Positions 28,080-41,331 of a stretch of 64,000 nt of DNA are shown in pieces. Source of the DNA: Psilocybe cubensis (lineage: Eukaryota); assembly GCA_017499595.2 (NCBI GenBank), contig CM039005.1, positions 620,001 through 684,000 of the forward strand. The letters run 5' to 3'. Every line of letters begins with the position of its first letter. The stretch's first letter is position 1. Under the pieces are notes generated by a model that saw nothing but the letters and a program-made list of their open reading frames with translations, searched no databases and had not been told where the DNA came from. The position numbers and the translations under genes are program-made.

Positions 28080-29350
28080 TTAAATCATGCCAACTACAAT
28101 CAAAGTCAGTCAGAGTCTATTCAAAGTACAATTCTACAGACTTACCATTCCGAATCTCGCTCGACGGACGGAAATACATAGCGTCGAGGGTTTTTGCTTG
28201 TAATAAATTTCTAGAGTAAAAGTTATCAGTAGTTTAGGGAAAGTAAAATCAAGCCCACGTACCAACTATCGTGTCAAAGCACTCGTGCAGATGCCTCATC
28301 CTGCTCGGCGGACGTCGATATATGGTCTCAAGTTAAATCTAGAGCCAAGGTCAGTAAAAATCCGATGAATGAATGTCATACATACATACCTCAACGCAGC
28401 TCAACGGGCACACAGGCTGGCGAGGCACCTAACACCCCCACTCGGCGGACGGCGATACATCATGTCAAGGCAAAATCTAGGGTCATGGTCAGCATTAATT
28501 AATGCAAAGCAAGTTGAAGTACACTTACCACTTGGTGTAGATCCCCACACTCGGTCGGCGGACGTCAATACGTCGTGTCAAAGCAAAATCTAGGGTCACG
28601 GTCAGCTTTAATTAATGCAAAGCATGTTAAAGTACACATACCACGGGTTTTAGATCCTCACACTTGGTCGGCGGACGTCGATACATTGTGTTAAAGCGAA
28701 TCTAGGGTCAAGGTCAGTCTCTGTACATTAAATAAAAGTAAACCACACATACCTGTACACCAGAGGTCCAACCCCGCTCGGCGGACGTCGATACGTCATG
28801 TCAGAGCAAATCGGGGTCACCCAGACGTCCAATCCCACTCGGCGGACGTTGATACGTTGTGGCAGAGCAAATCTGGACTAAAGGTCAGTCTGTGTACATT
28901 AAATAAAACTAAAACACACATACCTGAAGACCAGAGGTTCGATCCCGCTCGGCGGACGGAGATACGTCGTGTCAGAGCAATATCTAAGGCCAGGGTTAGT
29001 CACAACTCATTCACCGAATGCTACAGCACACTTACCACAACATTGTGAAGGCAGGTAACAGGCGCGCTCGGCGGACGGCGATACGTCGTGTCAGGACAAA
29101 ATCTTAGGATAAAATCAGTCTCCGTGTAGTAAATGAATGGTACACAACTTACCAGCTCGCCGGAACGCGATACATAGCGTCGGGCTATGTTAACAGGGCA
29201 TAAATCCTTGGATCAAAGTCAGTCTCACTTCTTCAACAAACATCACAGCACATACCAGGTCGGCGGAACACGATATATAGTGTCGAAGCAATTCCATGTC
29301 GAGAAGCGTAGCACACCACCATACTGACAGCATGGATACAAAGTAGACGG
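28080..29350 (-). ncRNA. Repeated-exon spliced unit, diverged copy 4
   Basis: Motif, donors, branch points and acceptors are retained despite substitutions; one repeat fewer than copy 1; TATA at 29379-29384. Confidence 0.58.
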
Positions 29351-32300
29351 ATAAAAAACCCCCAATATCAGAGCTCTCTTTATACCTTTTTCACCCCAAA
29401 CTTTTTCAAAGCCCGCTCTCAGTCACGTAGCAACACTTCTTTCTAGCTTCATCATTTTTACTAGCTTCGCTTCCGAATATTTCCTCATGCCATAACTTTG
29501 CATAATAGGAGACCTTTACATCCCTTTCTCCACTCCCTCAAACGTGGAATATCAAGCCACAGTGCACCACAAGGTCCAAATCTCACTCGCCAAGTCGCAA
29601 TTGGCTCAAATTCATGTCCCGTGCAGTAAAAAACCTCACTCCTATCAAGTGAAAATTGTTACGCCATTTTGTAATGGCACGTACTCATCTTTGGTAAAGG
29701 TCCTCGTTTCAATTTCTACAGCACATCTAGCTCTGATTTCAATGTAGTAATAGCGTTATTTTCTCCCCAAAGTATTTTTTGGGATTACTTGCTGCAGACC
29801 GGTCAATTCGAAAGCTATGTCATCACATTCAGACACTCTGCACAGGATGCGCTGACGCTGACGCTGCAGACTCTGCGCAAACGATGTGCTTACGCTAACG
29901 CTACAGAGTCTGCGCACACAATGCGCTGACGCTGACTCTGTGCACAGGATGCGCTGCCGCTGACTCTGTACACACGATGCGCTGGCACTTGGTATTACAA
30001 CATCGGCTCGCCGGCGTTCACAAGCCTAGGAACGAGATCACAACTTCCGACGCTCTAGCCTCGTTTAACTAATCGTTAAATCTACGACAAATCGCCCACA
30101 GGATCGCGATCTACGCGTGTTCATTAGGACCCTGCCCTAATTCCCCACAAGTGCGTCATCATTCCACTCTAGGTTTAGTTTGCATCTCAGGAACACAAAT
30201 TCGACTGTAAAGTCTATTTCTCACCTCCGTTCCGAGTCGACGTCATTCACGACAACAACAATTGGTTCGACTTTGCGAGAGATGTTGGTATTTTGGATAT
30301 ATTTATCACAGTACGTCCTGCAAGTTCTTGTTGCCGCTAATCTCACGGGTTACGAAATCACTCAAAAGTAGTTGAAACTAGACACTTCCTTCAAACGCAG
30401 GTGCGTGCCAAAGCCGACATCCCACTCTATCGATACATCTCGTCTTACTCGTAACCCACTATTTTGAAGTCTTCCGTTCCCGTTGGCTTTGAGACTAGCG
30501 CGTTGGATAATCGGGAGTCGTTAGATTCGAGTATACCCGAAACCATATTTATGCGACAACGTCAAGGCCAGTACTCTGACGTACCGCATTCATTATCTCA
30601 CCTTTTGCTTGTGTAGACGTACTATGACCTCAACGTAGACATTCAGGAGGTGATTTACGGTGAGAACTCACCTTCATTCCAACATTTCCCCAGTTCAAAT
30701 TCGCATGTCAACTACGGCGCGGATACCTCCTCGTCTCCCGATTCGTCATTCCAGCGCGTTGGAACCGTCTCATTTACCTCGCTTCCAAGAATAGGCTAGT
30801 CCAAATTGCCTAGACTAGTCGGTAACGACAGCCGGAAGCTCGCACAACTGAGCAACCATCTGCAGAACACACATACGTGGCAGCCGTTCCCGCGCCGTTT
30901 ATCACTTTTTCGAGGTTTCAGGGCTTTCTGGGTACTGTCTAATGTAGTATATCCCACGCCAAGCGTGTTTGTAGGTCGTTTGGCAGCGTGAAGTTGAGAT
31001 AATCAAAAATACATCCGGGGCATCTCAGGAGAGATTCAAACACAAAAACAAGCGTTTGCGAGGCTTTGAAATCATCGTGAATATAGATAATGGCTACCTA
31101 GATAATATACACTGTGTAATTATGATGACAAATGAAGTAAACTAAGAGGATGGGTAACCACAGATGTTAAGCGCCCAAGCAAACAGCTTCACGCATACTG
31201 TAAATGAGCAAAATACATCGATTCCAATGCTCTACAGACACACCTCGCATATCATATATACCTCAGAGTACACTATAAGACATACATACACTCACATATC
31301 TCGTCAACGAACCACCAACTCCACAACCTCACACTCACGTACCTCCTCCGGCCCCCAATCCGCATTCCAGCCCAATTCCACCGCTTCCTTTCATTTCGGG
31401 GCATCATTCCCACTAGCATAAGACTACTCGGCTGCGGCACGGAGCGTTCCGAGGCCTAGAAGCAGGACAGAAATGAGTTGCAGTGTAATGCGTCTCGAGG
31501 GAGGATACGTACGTGGCATGCGATTCTGCGTCGTTTGCGCGTTTTACGCGGGTTTTGGGGCTTTAACTACGTGATATGGGTTAGGTGTGTATGGGGTAAA
31601 GCTTGAGAGTACATCAGGGAACCTACAATTGAGTTTATGCGTGTATGTGATGTCGTTGTTCAAATTCGCTTTAGGAAACGTACATTTGCGAATTGGGCCG
31701 TTTTGAGGTATTCAGATGCTACAGTACCGTTTATAATAGGGGTATATATTCATATTTATGCTAATGAGTAAGTACAAAGTGGAAATTTCAAAGATTTGCA
31801 GCGATACCTCTTAAGCGCCGAAAGCGTTGAATCACAAATACCACGAATAAACGCACCAAGCACACAACGGTGGATCAATAACAGGCTTAACACACTCACC
31901 CCTATACCATACAGCCCATTCTTCGACTCCAAAACTCCAACATTGCAAACCCAACTCACCGGACACAACACTGCTCCTCCTCATCCGAATCTCCATTCAA
32001 CCTCATTCCAACCACCTTCTTTCTCTTCACCCCTGCACGACCACTAGCTCCAGACCCCTCGGCTATCCTAACGTAACGTACTAACGGCGATTACTGAATT
32101 TTTTCTGACAGTAGAAGAAGAAGCATTCTGTAGAGTCCGAGAGACGTTATACGTCGGTTTAGTGTAAATTCGATGGAATACGTACATTGGGGGGTTGGAA
32201 TGGTGCATAGGAGCCCCTGAGTAATCGAACTGAAAGTGAGTGAACGTTTGAGCCAAGTCTGAACGTCAAGGAAAGTTTGTGCAAGTCGGATTTCACATCA

Positions 32301-34619
32301 AAACAAGAAAACACAGAAACGCACGAAAGTACTATTACCATCTTCAACAAACGGACACCAGCATTGCTCTGCACCACTAACATTATCTTAAAGTACATCC
32401 TTCACGAGACAATTTCCTAGATATTCCACACACAGAGACAATGCATTGACCCGATGCACAATTCAAGAACCCCCTCCTCCTCCCCGAAATCGCAAAATCA
32501 CCTCATCCCAATACGTTTTCCTGGCTCTTCGGCTCCGGAACGGTATTCAAATCCAAATTGCGTAAACCAACTAAAAAGCGGCGTCTCATTTGAGAAGAAT
32601 TAGAATGCCTGTGTTGCAATGCGAAATCAGAACAAACCATTGGAGAGATAACGAGTATGCGTACGTACGTTTGTTGTTCCCGAGTCGATTACTAGTTTAT
32701 GCAATTCAGTTAACACATGAGTGAATGTGTGTTGACGATCTACGATACGAGTTGGAATTCACTTGATGCAAGAGTGGATGATATTCGAGTCTAAAATTTA
32801 ACTGTGAGCCGTGAACTCACAACAACAACGATTTGAATCTTACATCTCGAACACCATTCCAAATTCAAGCTACCACTGCATTACCAGTCCAACACGAAAC
32901 AAACAACAAACCCGTTCGATCAATAGCACATTGCGTAACCGCACTAGCAACTATACCAAAGGACCGCGAACCAAGAAAAGATACAAAACAAAACCTTGCA
33001 AAGACGTAACGTTATGGACGTACAGGGGCAGCAGGTGTATAAAAAGGACACGGACTAACGGGCTTTTTCCCTCATCCCCTCTCCTCTCCTCTCCTCTTCT
33101 CACATTCTCTTCTCCCGCTCCCCGCTCAATGCCCTTGTCAGCCCGCCCCTCTCCAACATCCTACACTCGCACTGCACTGCCAATGGACGGGAACGCGCTG
33201 CGACGAGTCAACGAGCCCGCGACGCCGTGAGTACTACCCATCCCTCCCCTAGCTGCGCCACGTCTCACCCTCCCCTTCGCAGGAACACGTGCGACGACGA
33301 GTAGAGGATCTGGGAGGTAGAGGCCGAGGTTGGCGACGCACCATAAATGCCACGTTGGCATGTCGCCCGGGGTGTTGAGGGCAGCGCACGGTGAGCCTCC
33401 AACATTCGTCTTCGCATCACACTCCGCACATCCGCCTTTTACTACAGGGTACCACGCCATCGAGACGACGCGGGACTCGAATGCGCCTGCTCAGCGAGCT
33501 TGAGGACGAGGTAAGTAAATGCATTATTCAACGTGTATCATTGTTGACTGATCTGGACACGCAGAACCTTGAATCCGTGTTCCCGAGCGGCGGACACGCT
33601 GTCGAAAGTGAGTCCGCGCTTTATTCGTCATACCGCCCGTGATTGACCACCCCTACATCAAGACCTGGGCCTGCTCAGCGAGCTTGAGGACGGAGTAAGT
33701 AAACAAGCTATTCAACATGGAACACCGCTGACTGACCTGGACACGCAGAACAACCTTGAATCCGTGTTCCCGAGCGGCGGACACGCTGTCGAAAGGGTGA
33801 GTCCATGTTTTGTTCGTCAGACCGCCCGTGATTGACCACCTCTACCACAGGGCTGAATTGATTCGCTGTCAGAGAACACCCGAACCTATGCAAAAGTAAG
33901 TCATCGTGCCGTTCACCGTGAATCAACCTGAACTAACCTGAACATGCAGATTATCTGCGATAGCCCATCTGCCCCCCAATGCAGTCCAAGCCCTACATCC
34001 GTCGTCAACCGATGCAACTCGAAACGCGTGCTCCGCTCACTGTGGACCGCCCGCCTTGCTGCTGATTCCAGTACGCGACTGACGCTCTTGTGAGCAACGG
34101 ACTGGACGCGGTGATGATGTGATGGATGCGTGAGTACACCGGAATGTTAGTCGGGAATAGCTTGGACTGACCATGCCGTCGTCGTTACTAAACCCCACAG
34201 AGACTACAGCCGGAGAGTCGGCATCGTTTCGCATCGGAAGCAGGGGCCTAGTTAACATCTTAAGGATGTTATTGCAGGTAAGTTGGCCTGTTGTTCAACG
34301 CGAGGCATAGCAAACTTACCTAAGATGCACATTGCAGGTCTGCGCTACCCTAAAACCTGGCTCTCCATCATTCCATGCGGCACTCTCATCGTCCGCGGAA
34401 TGCAAGGCGGGAACCGCCCCGCAGCAAGGTACGTGACTCGTTCTGAACAGTTATGAGTGGGGTATAACGCGTGTTTGATAGAGTGGTGCCGATGGAAAGG
34501 ATAACGGCAGGCCAGGGTATTCGTATCGACGCGTATGTCCCATATACGGGCAATGTCGATTCATAGCGGGAGCCGCTGCCTGATTGCCCGCTCCCGTGCA
34601 TTCGCCTTCACATTCATAT

Positions 34620-35278
34620 TCAAACACGTTCAGACGCAGCTCCGCCCGCGTGCTGTCCCTCCATCGGGTCCCCTCCCTCCCTACCAACCTCGTCCATCTC
34701 CACCTCCCCTCCCTCCCCCTCCTGCTCCTCCTCATTCTCCCCCTCCCCCTCATTCTCCCCCAACCCCCCCTCCTCCGGATCCAACCAACTCTCCTCAACC
34801 GTCACCTTGACCCTCCTCACATACTCCTTCATATTCTCCCGATACAACTGCGCCGCCTCCGCATTCGCCGGGCTATTCGGGTTCGGATCATGCAGCAAGC
34901 TCTGTATACTCGTCAATATCGCCGCGACGTCGTATGTCGGCGACCACCGGTTCTGCAGGATGTCGAGGCAGAGCTCGCCGTTCGCGTACACGTTGGGGTG
35001 GAACATCCGCGAGAGGAATTTGACGGTGGGGGGTTTGTTTGGGTAGGACTCGTCGAATGTGAGGAGGAGCTTGAATGTGCCGTCTTCGAAGGGGGTGTCG
35101 CCTGTTGATAGGTGAGTGGCTGGGGGTGAGTGGGGAGAGGAAACGCACCTGGCCCGAAGATGACAGCGTTCCAGAGCATAATATTGTCGGGGAGCGGACT
35201 GCCCGAGATCCCGCCTGGCGGGTCGGACGAGAGGCGCTTGAAGTCCCGGATCAGCCGTTTCTTGCAGTTTGTCGACAT
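34620..35278 (-). CDS. RAD6: Rad6/Ubc2 copy 5 (intron 35102-35148; 203 aa; longest acidic tail)
   Basis: [15 protein letters not shown]; tail [27 protein letters not shown]. Confidence 0.96.
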
Positions 35279-36668
35279 TGCTTGCTGAGTAAGATTGGGT
35301 CAAGTAATTCGGGTGGCTTTGGTTAAAGCGAGAGAGGGAGGTCTGGTCGTGTCTGAATCGCGTGCTGTTAATGAGGGCACTGCGACTGTCGTCGTACACG
35401 TCGTCTCGTATGTGGTATGCGCTATGCTAATGATGGTATGCGATATGGATTGTAGAGCCTGCAGACCCAACGTTAATTGTATCTTTCTCTACCAAACCAC
35501 CCACAAAACATACCTTCGTACGTGCGTATATGCAAGCGTAAAGTCGTCTCAGGCGGCTGGTATGAAGAAACAAGCAAGTCAGTCCAACTCAGAAGCAGTG
35601 GCAGTGGCAGGCCTCCTCATGCTTCCTCATGTCACACCCACTGACCGTGACCAGTGTGATAGCTGACTGCGCTGCATGACATAACATCTAATCTGAGACC
35701 TACGGCCCTGGAAACAAACAATAGCAACAACAATCACTCTCAATTCATTTTTATTCCCACACGCCGACTGCCGAAATGCCGCAGGTTGACTTTGTCGTTG
35801 TAAGTACTTCATGATTCATGAACCATGCATCATCCACAACGGTTGCCCTGAACGATGTGCATGCTCTTTCACTCAGACGGCGCTTGTTCAATTCCCCGCC
35901 CCCTCCCCTGCCCCGCCGTATCCTTCCGTCCCCTGGCAATGATCGCGCTCGCCGCCTATTACTATAACCTACTACTTACAGACTCTGCCCTCGTAGGCGC
36001 TCCGGCGGGCGCCAAGTTGACGCTCGGTAGTGGGGCTCTCTAGGACGGCGCTGCAGTAGATATCTAATATGTCCTCCTTGCAAACAAAAGCAGTATAATG
36101 CCTTATTAACAGCGCAAAATGAATGTTCCAACAAAAGTCATACCAGGCTGCATTACACTGACACAAAAGAGACCCATTTCCACCCACTGGTGTTGTAGGA
36201 ACGACCTATTAATAGCCCTCTACTGGCTGACTAAGTAATTCATGATTTATGAACCATGCATCATCGTTTCATCCACAACGGTTGCCCTGCATATTAAACA
36301 CTGCAAATTGTGAAGTGCGGACTACCGGGCCCGACGCGCTCGTGCCTCCATCTCTATCGCTATCACCAGACAATGAAGCCAAACGGCACCGTGTCCTCGT
36401 CCACATCTGTTGGTGCACACGCGCGCTATGTAAACATCCTACCCCGACTCCCAATACATCAATATCAACGCCGTTAAGAGTGAGATTCGCAGCCTATCTC
36501 GTCCGTCGTCTGTGTCATTCAACATTCTTATTTCAGGCCACGGAGTACAAGCGCTCTTATCTCAACGACTCTCAATATCTCCCATTGTCTCGACTCTCAA
36601 CGACTTAATCTTACGGCCTGAACTTCGTTCTGCATTTCTACGGTTCTGCGGTTCTGCATCCACATAGT

Positions 36669-36819
36669 GTTGTAACATTGTACTGTACCATACCATACAA
36701 TGAACGTAAATATTTGATCATATCATATGGGTTCGACGAATACATTGAGACAGTGAATAATACACATATAAAACAGGGAATCAATATTGTATCATATGGT
36801 ATGGATTCGTTGAATCATT
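36669..36819 (+). repeat. Left imperfect terminal inverted repeat of the KDZ element
   Basis: Blocks TGGGTTCGACGAATACATTGAGACAGTGAA and GTATCATATGGTATGGATTCGTTGAATCATT, 31 nt apart. Confidence 0.7.
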
Positions 36820-37281
36820 GTCCACTTCACTATACGTAGGGTAATACAAATGACTTATACATTAACTCCCAAGTTGCGGGAATGCAGTCGGTACACAAGG
36901 AAGGCCAGACCCCGACTGAAACCGCGGGATTTCAAGATTTCTCAAAGATCCCCAAACACAACCCCGTCACATTGGCGCACACAGCCTGAGTTGAGCAACA
37001 TAGCTAGACCGGCACTAGCACATCAAATAAAACATATTTGAAGTCATAAATTCTTAGTCACTGGGATTATATACAATGGGTAAAATAGCTAATATACTGC
37101 TCGTCTCACTTCCGTCGGTCAAAGTTTCGGGATACAATTCATTTCATTGAAGTCATTGTTCGGCAATGATTCCGAGTCGGATATTTGAAACTTATTGATC
37201 TTGAACTTTGTTATAATTCGTAGTCACTTATATATCAAATTCAAACTTCAAGGCCAAGGCAAGTTTATTAACAAAATTAAT

Positions 37282-37881
37282 CTACTGCAACTTAGTGTTG
37301 CTACCAGTTTCCTTCCCCTCAATCACGCTATGGCGCTCCGCAATAAATTGTAAAGACTTTCGTACGTGCCTATCCAACGCACCCAAAGCCTTGCGATGAA
37401 CATTTGCCAGTTTTATTTTCTCCACCTCAGCGAGGTACAGTCTATGGGCGGCATCTATGTAGGAAATGCCCAAGCGCTGCTGCAGGCTGCAAACTTCCGC
37501 GTGAAGGGACAGTCGTTCTTGATCGGTCAACGGCTGTTTGAAGTGTCAAAACATGGAACCGAAGTAAATCAACACAGGAAACTCACAGGTTCTGGAGGTA
37601 CATGGAGATTACCTCCTAAGGTATTATAGATTTGAGCATTCTTAGCTGAAGGGTCCTAACACATGTTTATCATCAGGTATTCAGTGATTGCTGAGCATAA
37701 CAGAACAACTTACAATTCCCGAAGCTTTGGCAACGCCGATATTTGATTTAGTGCGCTGAATGGCAAATGCTTGCTCCAAAGATGGCACCATGAACTCCGG
37801 AACAATGTAATCACGATCGTCTGGGCCAAGTACAAATATGTAGCCGTCTGGGAGGTCGTACTTGACTGTATTGTCTGCCAT
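37282..37881 (-). CDS. Small hypothetical protein in the KDZ element (exons 37881-37714, 37655-37587, 37533-37282; 162 aa)
   Basis: Two phase-0 canonical introns join MADNTVKYDLPDGYIF...SGI|DPSAKNAQIYNTLGGNLHVPPEP|PLTDQERLSLHAEV...LGISYIDAAHRLYLAE. Confidence 0.75.
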
Positions 37882-38141
37882 GGGTATGAGTAGGGGAATG
37901 ATAAAATGGAGTAGGAAGAGGTAGGACCATGCAGGCAAGCAAATTTATATGTTGTCGGCACATTTAATAGGAGTCGCGTAGATTTTGAAATTAATGAGAA
38001 CACGTGATCGTTTGCGCGTCTGATTAGATCAAGTTCAAGCTTCAAGCTTGAAGCACCAGCCTCTGCTGAAATTCATTCCTGCTTTTGTCCATCACAACCT
38101 CCTGTGTATCTGCCCTACTCTGCTTTTGAAACACTGAACCT

Positions 38142-41100
38142 ATGGCTTCCCCGTTCCCAAATGCTGCTGCTTTGCGTCTTCAATTGGCCGAAATCGATGC
38201 TGGAGTGAAGAATGCCGTCAAAAGTGGGGGCATTGAAGAATATGTCAAATCGGTGAAGGGCAAAGTCGTGCGTGAATTGATTTTTTTTTTTCAATTTCAT
38301 CCTGAATCACCGTGTATACCTCAGAAACAACTCTTTGAAGCTCAAAGACTCGGTATTTTTCGCGATGTCTTCGAAGAATTTGGAACCTTCCTTTGGAGTG
38401 TCATTGTGGAATACAGAACGGCTCACAAGCAGAAGACGTTTGACCGCGACGAATTTTTGGGAAAATATCGGTTGAAACTTCAAGTACTTGAGGCTGCCTC
38501 CGAGGGATTATCTGGCCGGTTGAAGGAGCCCCAAGTTTCCGCCGTTTCTAGTGTTCCCGCCGCATCTCATGTTCAACCCGCTGCCGCCCAAGCTACTGCC
38601 ACTCGCACTGCTACCCGTGTTTCCTCCGATGCACAAGCCGCCGCATCTCGTGTTCCCGCCGCATCTCGTGTTCCCGCCGCATCTCGTGTTCCCGCCGCAT
38701 CTCGTGTTCCTGCCGCTGCTGAAGGTCCCGCCTCATCTCGTGTTGCCGCCACTGCTGAAGGTCCCGCTGCATCTCGTGTTCCCGACGCTGTTGAAGGTTC
38801 CGCAACATCTCGTGCATCCGCCGCTGCTCAAGCTCCCGCCACTAATCAAGCTCCCACTGCTGCAACAAATGCTCAAAAATCCGGCGGAAATGGTGAGTTC
38901 AAAATTAATTTTTATATTGGAATGTGTACTGAAATCAATTGTTTTCAAAGCCTCCAAATCCCGATCTGCGCCTGTCAAGAAGGCTGACCCTCCTGCTGAG
39001 CGTCATTCAGCCTCTAAAGTGCCTGGCTCGTTGGCTAATGCTATCAAACCCTTAACAAATCTCGCTGATATGGTAGATCACCTGGAAAAGTCCGTTGGCG
39101 AAAAATCCGGCAAGAAAAAAAAAGGCAAGTCCAAAGCTTCCGACTTGAAACTGAATTCGCTCGGAGAGAAATATCATGTGTTGGCACTAAAAGCTATGGA
39201 TGAACCAGACTCACCTATCCACGACTTTCAAAAAAAGAAGGCTTCCAAACAGGCGGAATCGGAGACAAGGGATGAGTGGAATGACTCCGCGTCGGAGTGG
39301 AAAGACACTGGTGCATCAGACGATGAAGACCTCGCCAATGTCTCCAAGAAAAAGAGGAAACGCCAGTCAAACGATGATTCAAGGTGCAAGCGTTGCATAC
39401 AGACAGATTTTGAATGCAAGCAGCGGGATAGTGTTTGGAAGAAGGGCGGTTTAAAAGCATGTTTTGAGTGTTGGAGAGATAAAAAAAAGTGTTCATTTCG
39501 GGTAAGTTACATTGTATACTGCATTCATTTGCTAATTCATAGTACAACTCAAGGAATCGGAAAACGCCAATGAAGACACTGTCGGGGTCGGCAAATTGGC
39601 AAAGACCAAGCCCACTAAACAGCCCTCTAAAAACTCTTCATCGTCGAAGGCGCATGCAACCACTGGCAAATTCAAGTCAGCAAAGTACGTTGAATCAAGC
39701 GACAACGAAGGTACATCCAAACCCCCCAAGAAGAAGAATAAGACTTCGGAAGACGCACCTCGCACAACTTTGAAGGGCAAGGCCAGAGGCTCGCCAACGC
39801 CAGAGGTCATTGAAATTGACTCCGACAGGTCCGACAATGATGTTCAATCTGTACAAGTCTTGCAAAAAGCAAAGGTCCGCAAAGGTCAACCTGATGACGA
39901 CAAGATTTATAAGAAGGTCAGAAGGGATGAGAGCGGGGTGGATTCAGGTTTGTATTTTCATGTTTTATCTTAGATTATGTGTCTAATTTTTTTCAGTTTC
40001 TAAACTTCATACTCTCAAAGAGATCTCCGACGTTTCCATGGAGAAAAGCAAATCTATTGCAGGTAAGCCCCATCTTGGTTTTATTTCAAAGTTCATTCTT
40101 ACGATTTAAACGTAGAGAAACAAGTTGTATTGACACCTCCGACGACTACGTTACCGACACCTCAAGATGCTCAAATTCTACATGCTCTCGCCAACCACCC
40201 ATTTGTTCTTAAGATGGAGAAGCGACTTGTTGCCCTCGAAAACAAGCAAAGCTCCTACGAAGAACATTGCGCGGATATCTTCACACAAATTGAGGAATTG
40301 AAAAACGAATTCGAAGAACTCGAAAAATCCTCGGGGTTCCAACAAGTCAAGCTTTGGAATCAAGACGAGCAGCTCAATTCGATGGAGCGTTCCATTGCGC
40401 ACCACAAAGAACTGGCTGACGGAACATCGTCGTCGGTGAATCTTGCCATAGAACACTTAAAGACGGTTCGGAAGGAAGTTGCAAGACTTCAAGGGCGGAT
40501 AGATGGAGTTGTGGAAAGGTTAGAGAGTGTGGAGGGCCGTTGGGTTGATTTTCCCGACTCGGACTTTGGATCCGCACCCAAACATGGTGGGTTTGGTGCA
40601 TCAAACTACATTGAAGCCAGTGGACCCAGTGGCTACAACAGGGCCACCTCCGACACCTCCGACACCTCCGACACCTCCGACACCTCCAATGCAGACACTG
40701 AGGACCGTCATACCGAGACAGAAGACATGACTGCCCCTGGCAGCCCCATTGAAAAGGATGCCAACGCCCACACCAAAGCTAATGCCTACGCCCAGGCTGA
40801 TGATGCTGATGCTGATGCTGACTCGGATACCGATGCTGATGCTGACAGCAAAGCTGATTCTAGTGACACCGACGCCGACGCTGATGCCGACACCGATGTT
40901 GATGCCAATGCGGCCGATACTGACATTCAAGTTGTCCCAAAGGATAAACCCGACGCCTCAGCTTCTCAGTCCAGCGGTATCATCTCAGAGAAGTCTAGCG
41001 CTGGTGAGGATGTCAGCCCAGCCAAAAAATCGAACATAGGTGAAGCTTCCAAACCCAACGCCGACAATAATGAACATGCCGCAGAGTCGGGCTCGAATAT

Positions 41101-41254
41101 GAGCCTTGATTCAGAGTCTTCCAATCTCAATTCTGAGATTGTTCCACCAAAGGCAAGTATTCTGCCTGACTACAAGTCGGATAATTCACCACTTTCAATG
41201 CCACAGTCGGATATGGTTGTAAAAGACTTGGGTTCAGGGTCGGGTAACGCTTAG
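38142..41254 (+). CDS. Six-exon protein with a Zn2Cys6-like cluster, a probable coiled coil, Ala-rich repeats and an acidic tail (KDZ cargo)
   Basis: CKRCIQTDFECKQRDSVWKKGGLKACFECWRDKKKC. Canonical introns link ORFs 38142, 38551, 39596 and 40130. VPAASR repeats and DADADA tracts. Confidence 0.75.
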
Positions 41255-41331
41255 GATACTATTTTCAATGCATGTAGTCGGCCTCTATTATTTTTAAATA
41301 TCAATCACAATGTCTATGTACTCATGAATAT

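Larger units (their letters stand above)
1..36600. repeat. Tandem array of a ~8.2-8.5 kb unit containing RAD6; units start at ~1, 8477, 16953, 25437 and 33655 (last one truncated)
   Basis: The ORF track repeats with an exact 8476 offset (54/8530/17006; 928/9404/17880). The first difference I found is at 21979 (T in copy 1 at 5027, G here). Homologous but diverged sequence continues to ~36,600. Confidence 0.97.

Noticed and set aside
1-36600. Tandem Helitron or LTR-element array
   Set aside because: No Rep/helicase, gag/pol, LTRs or convincing terminal hairpin-CTAG identified.
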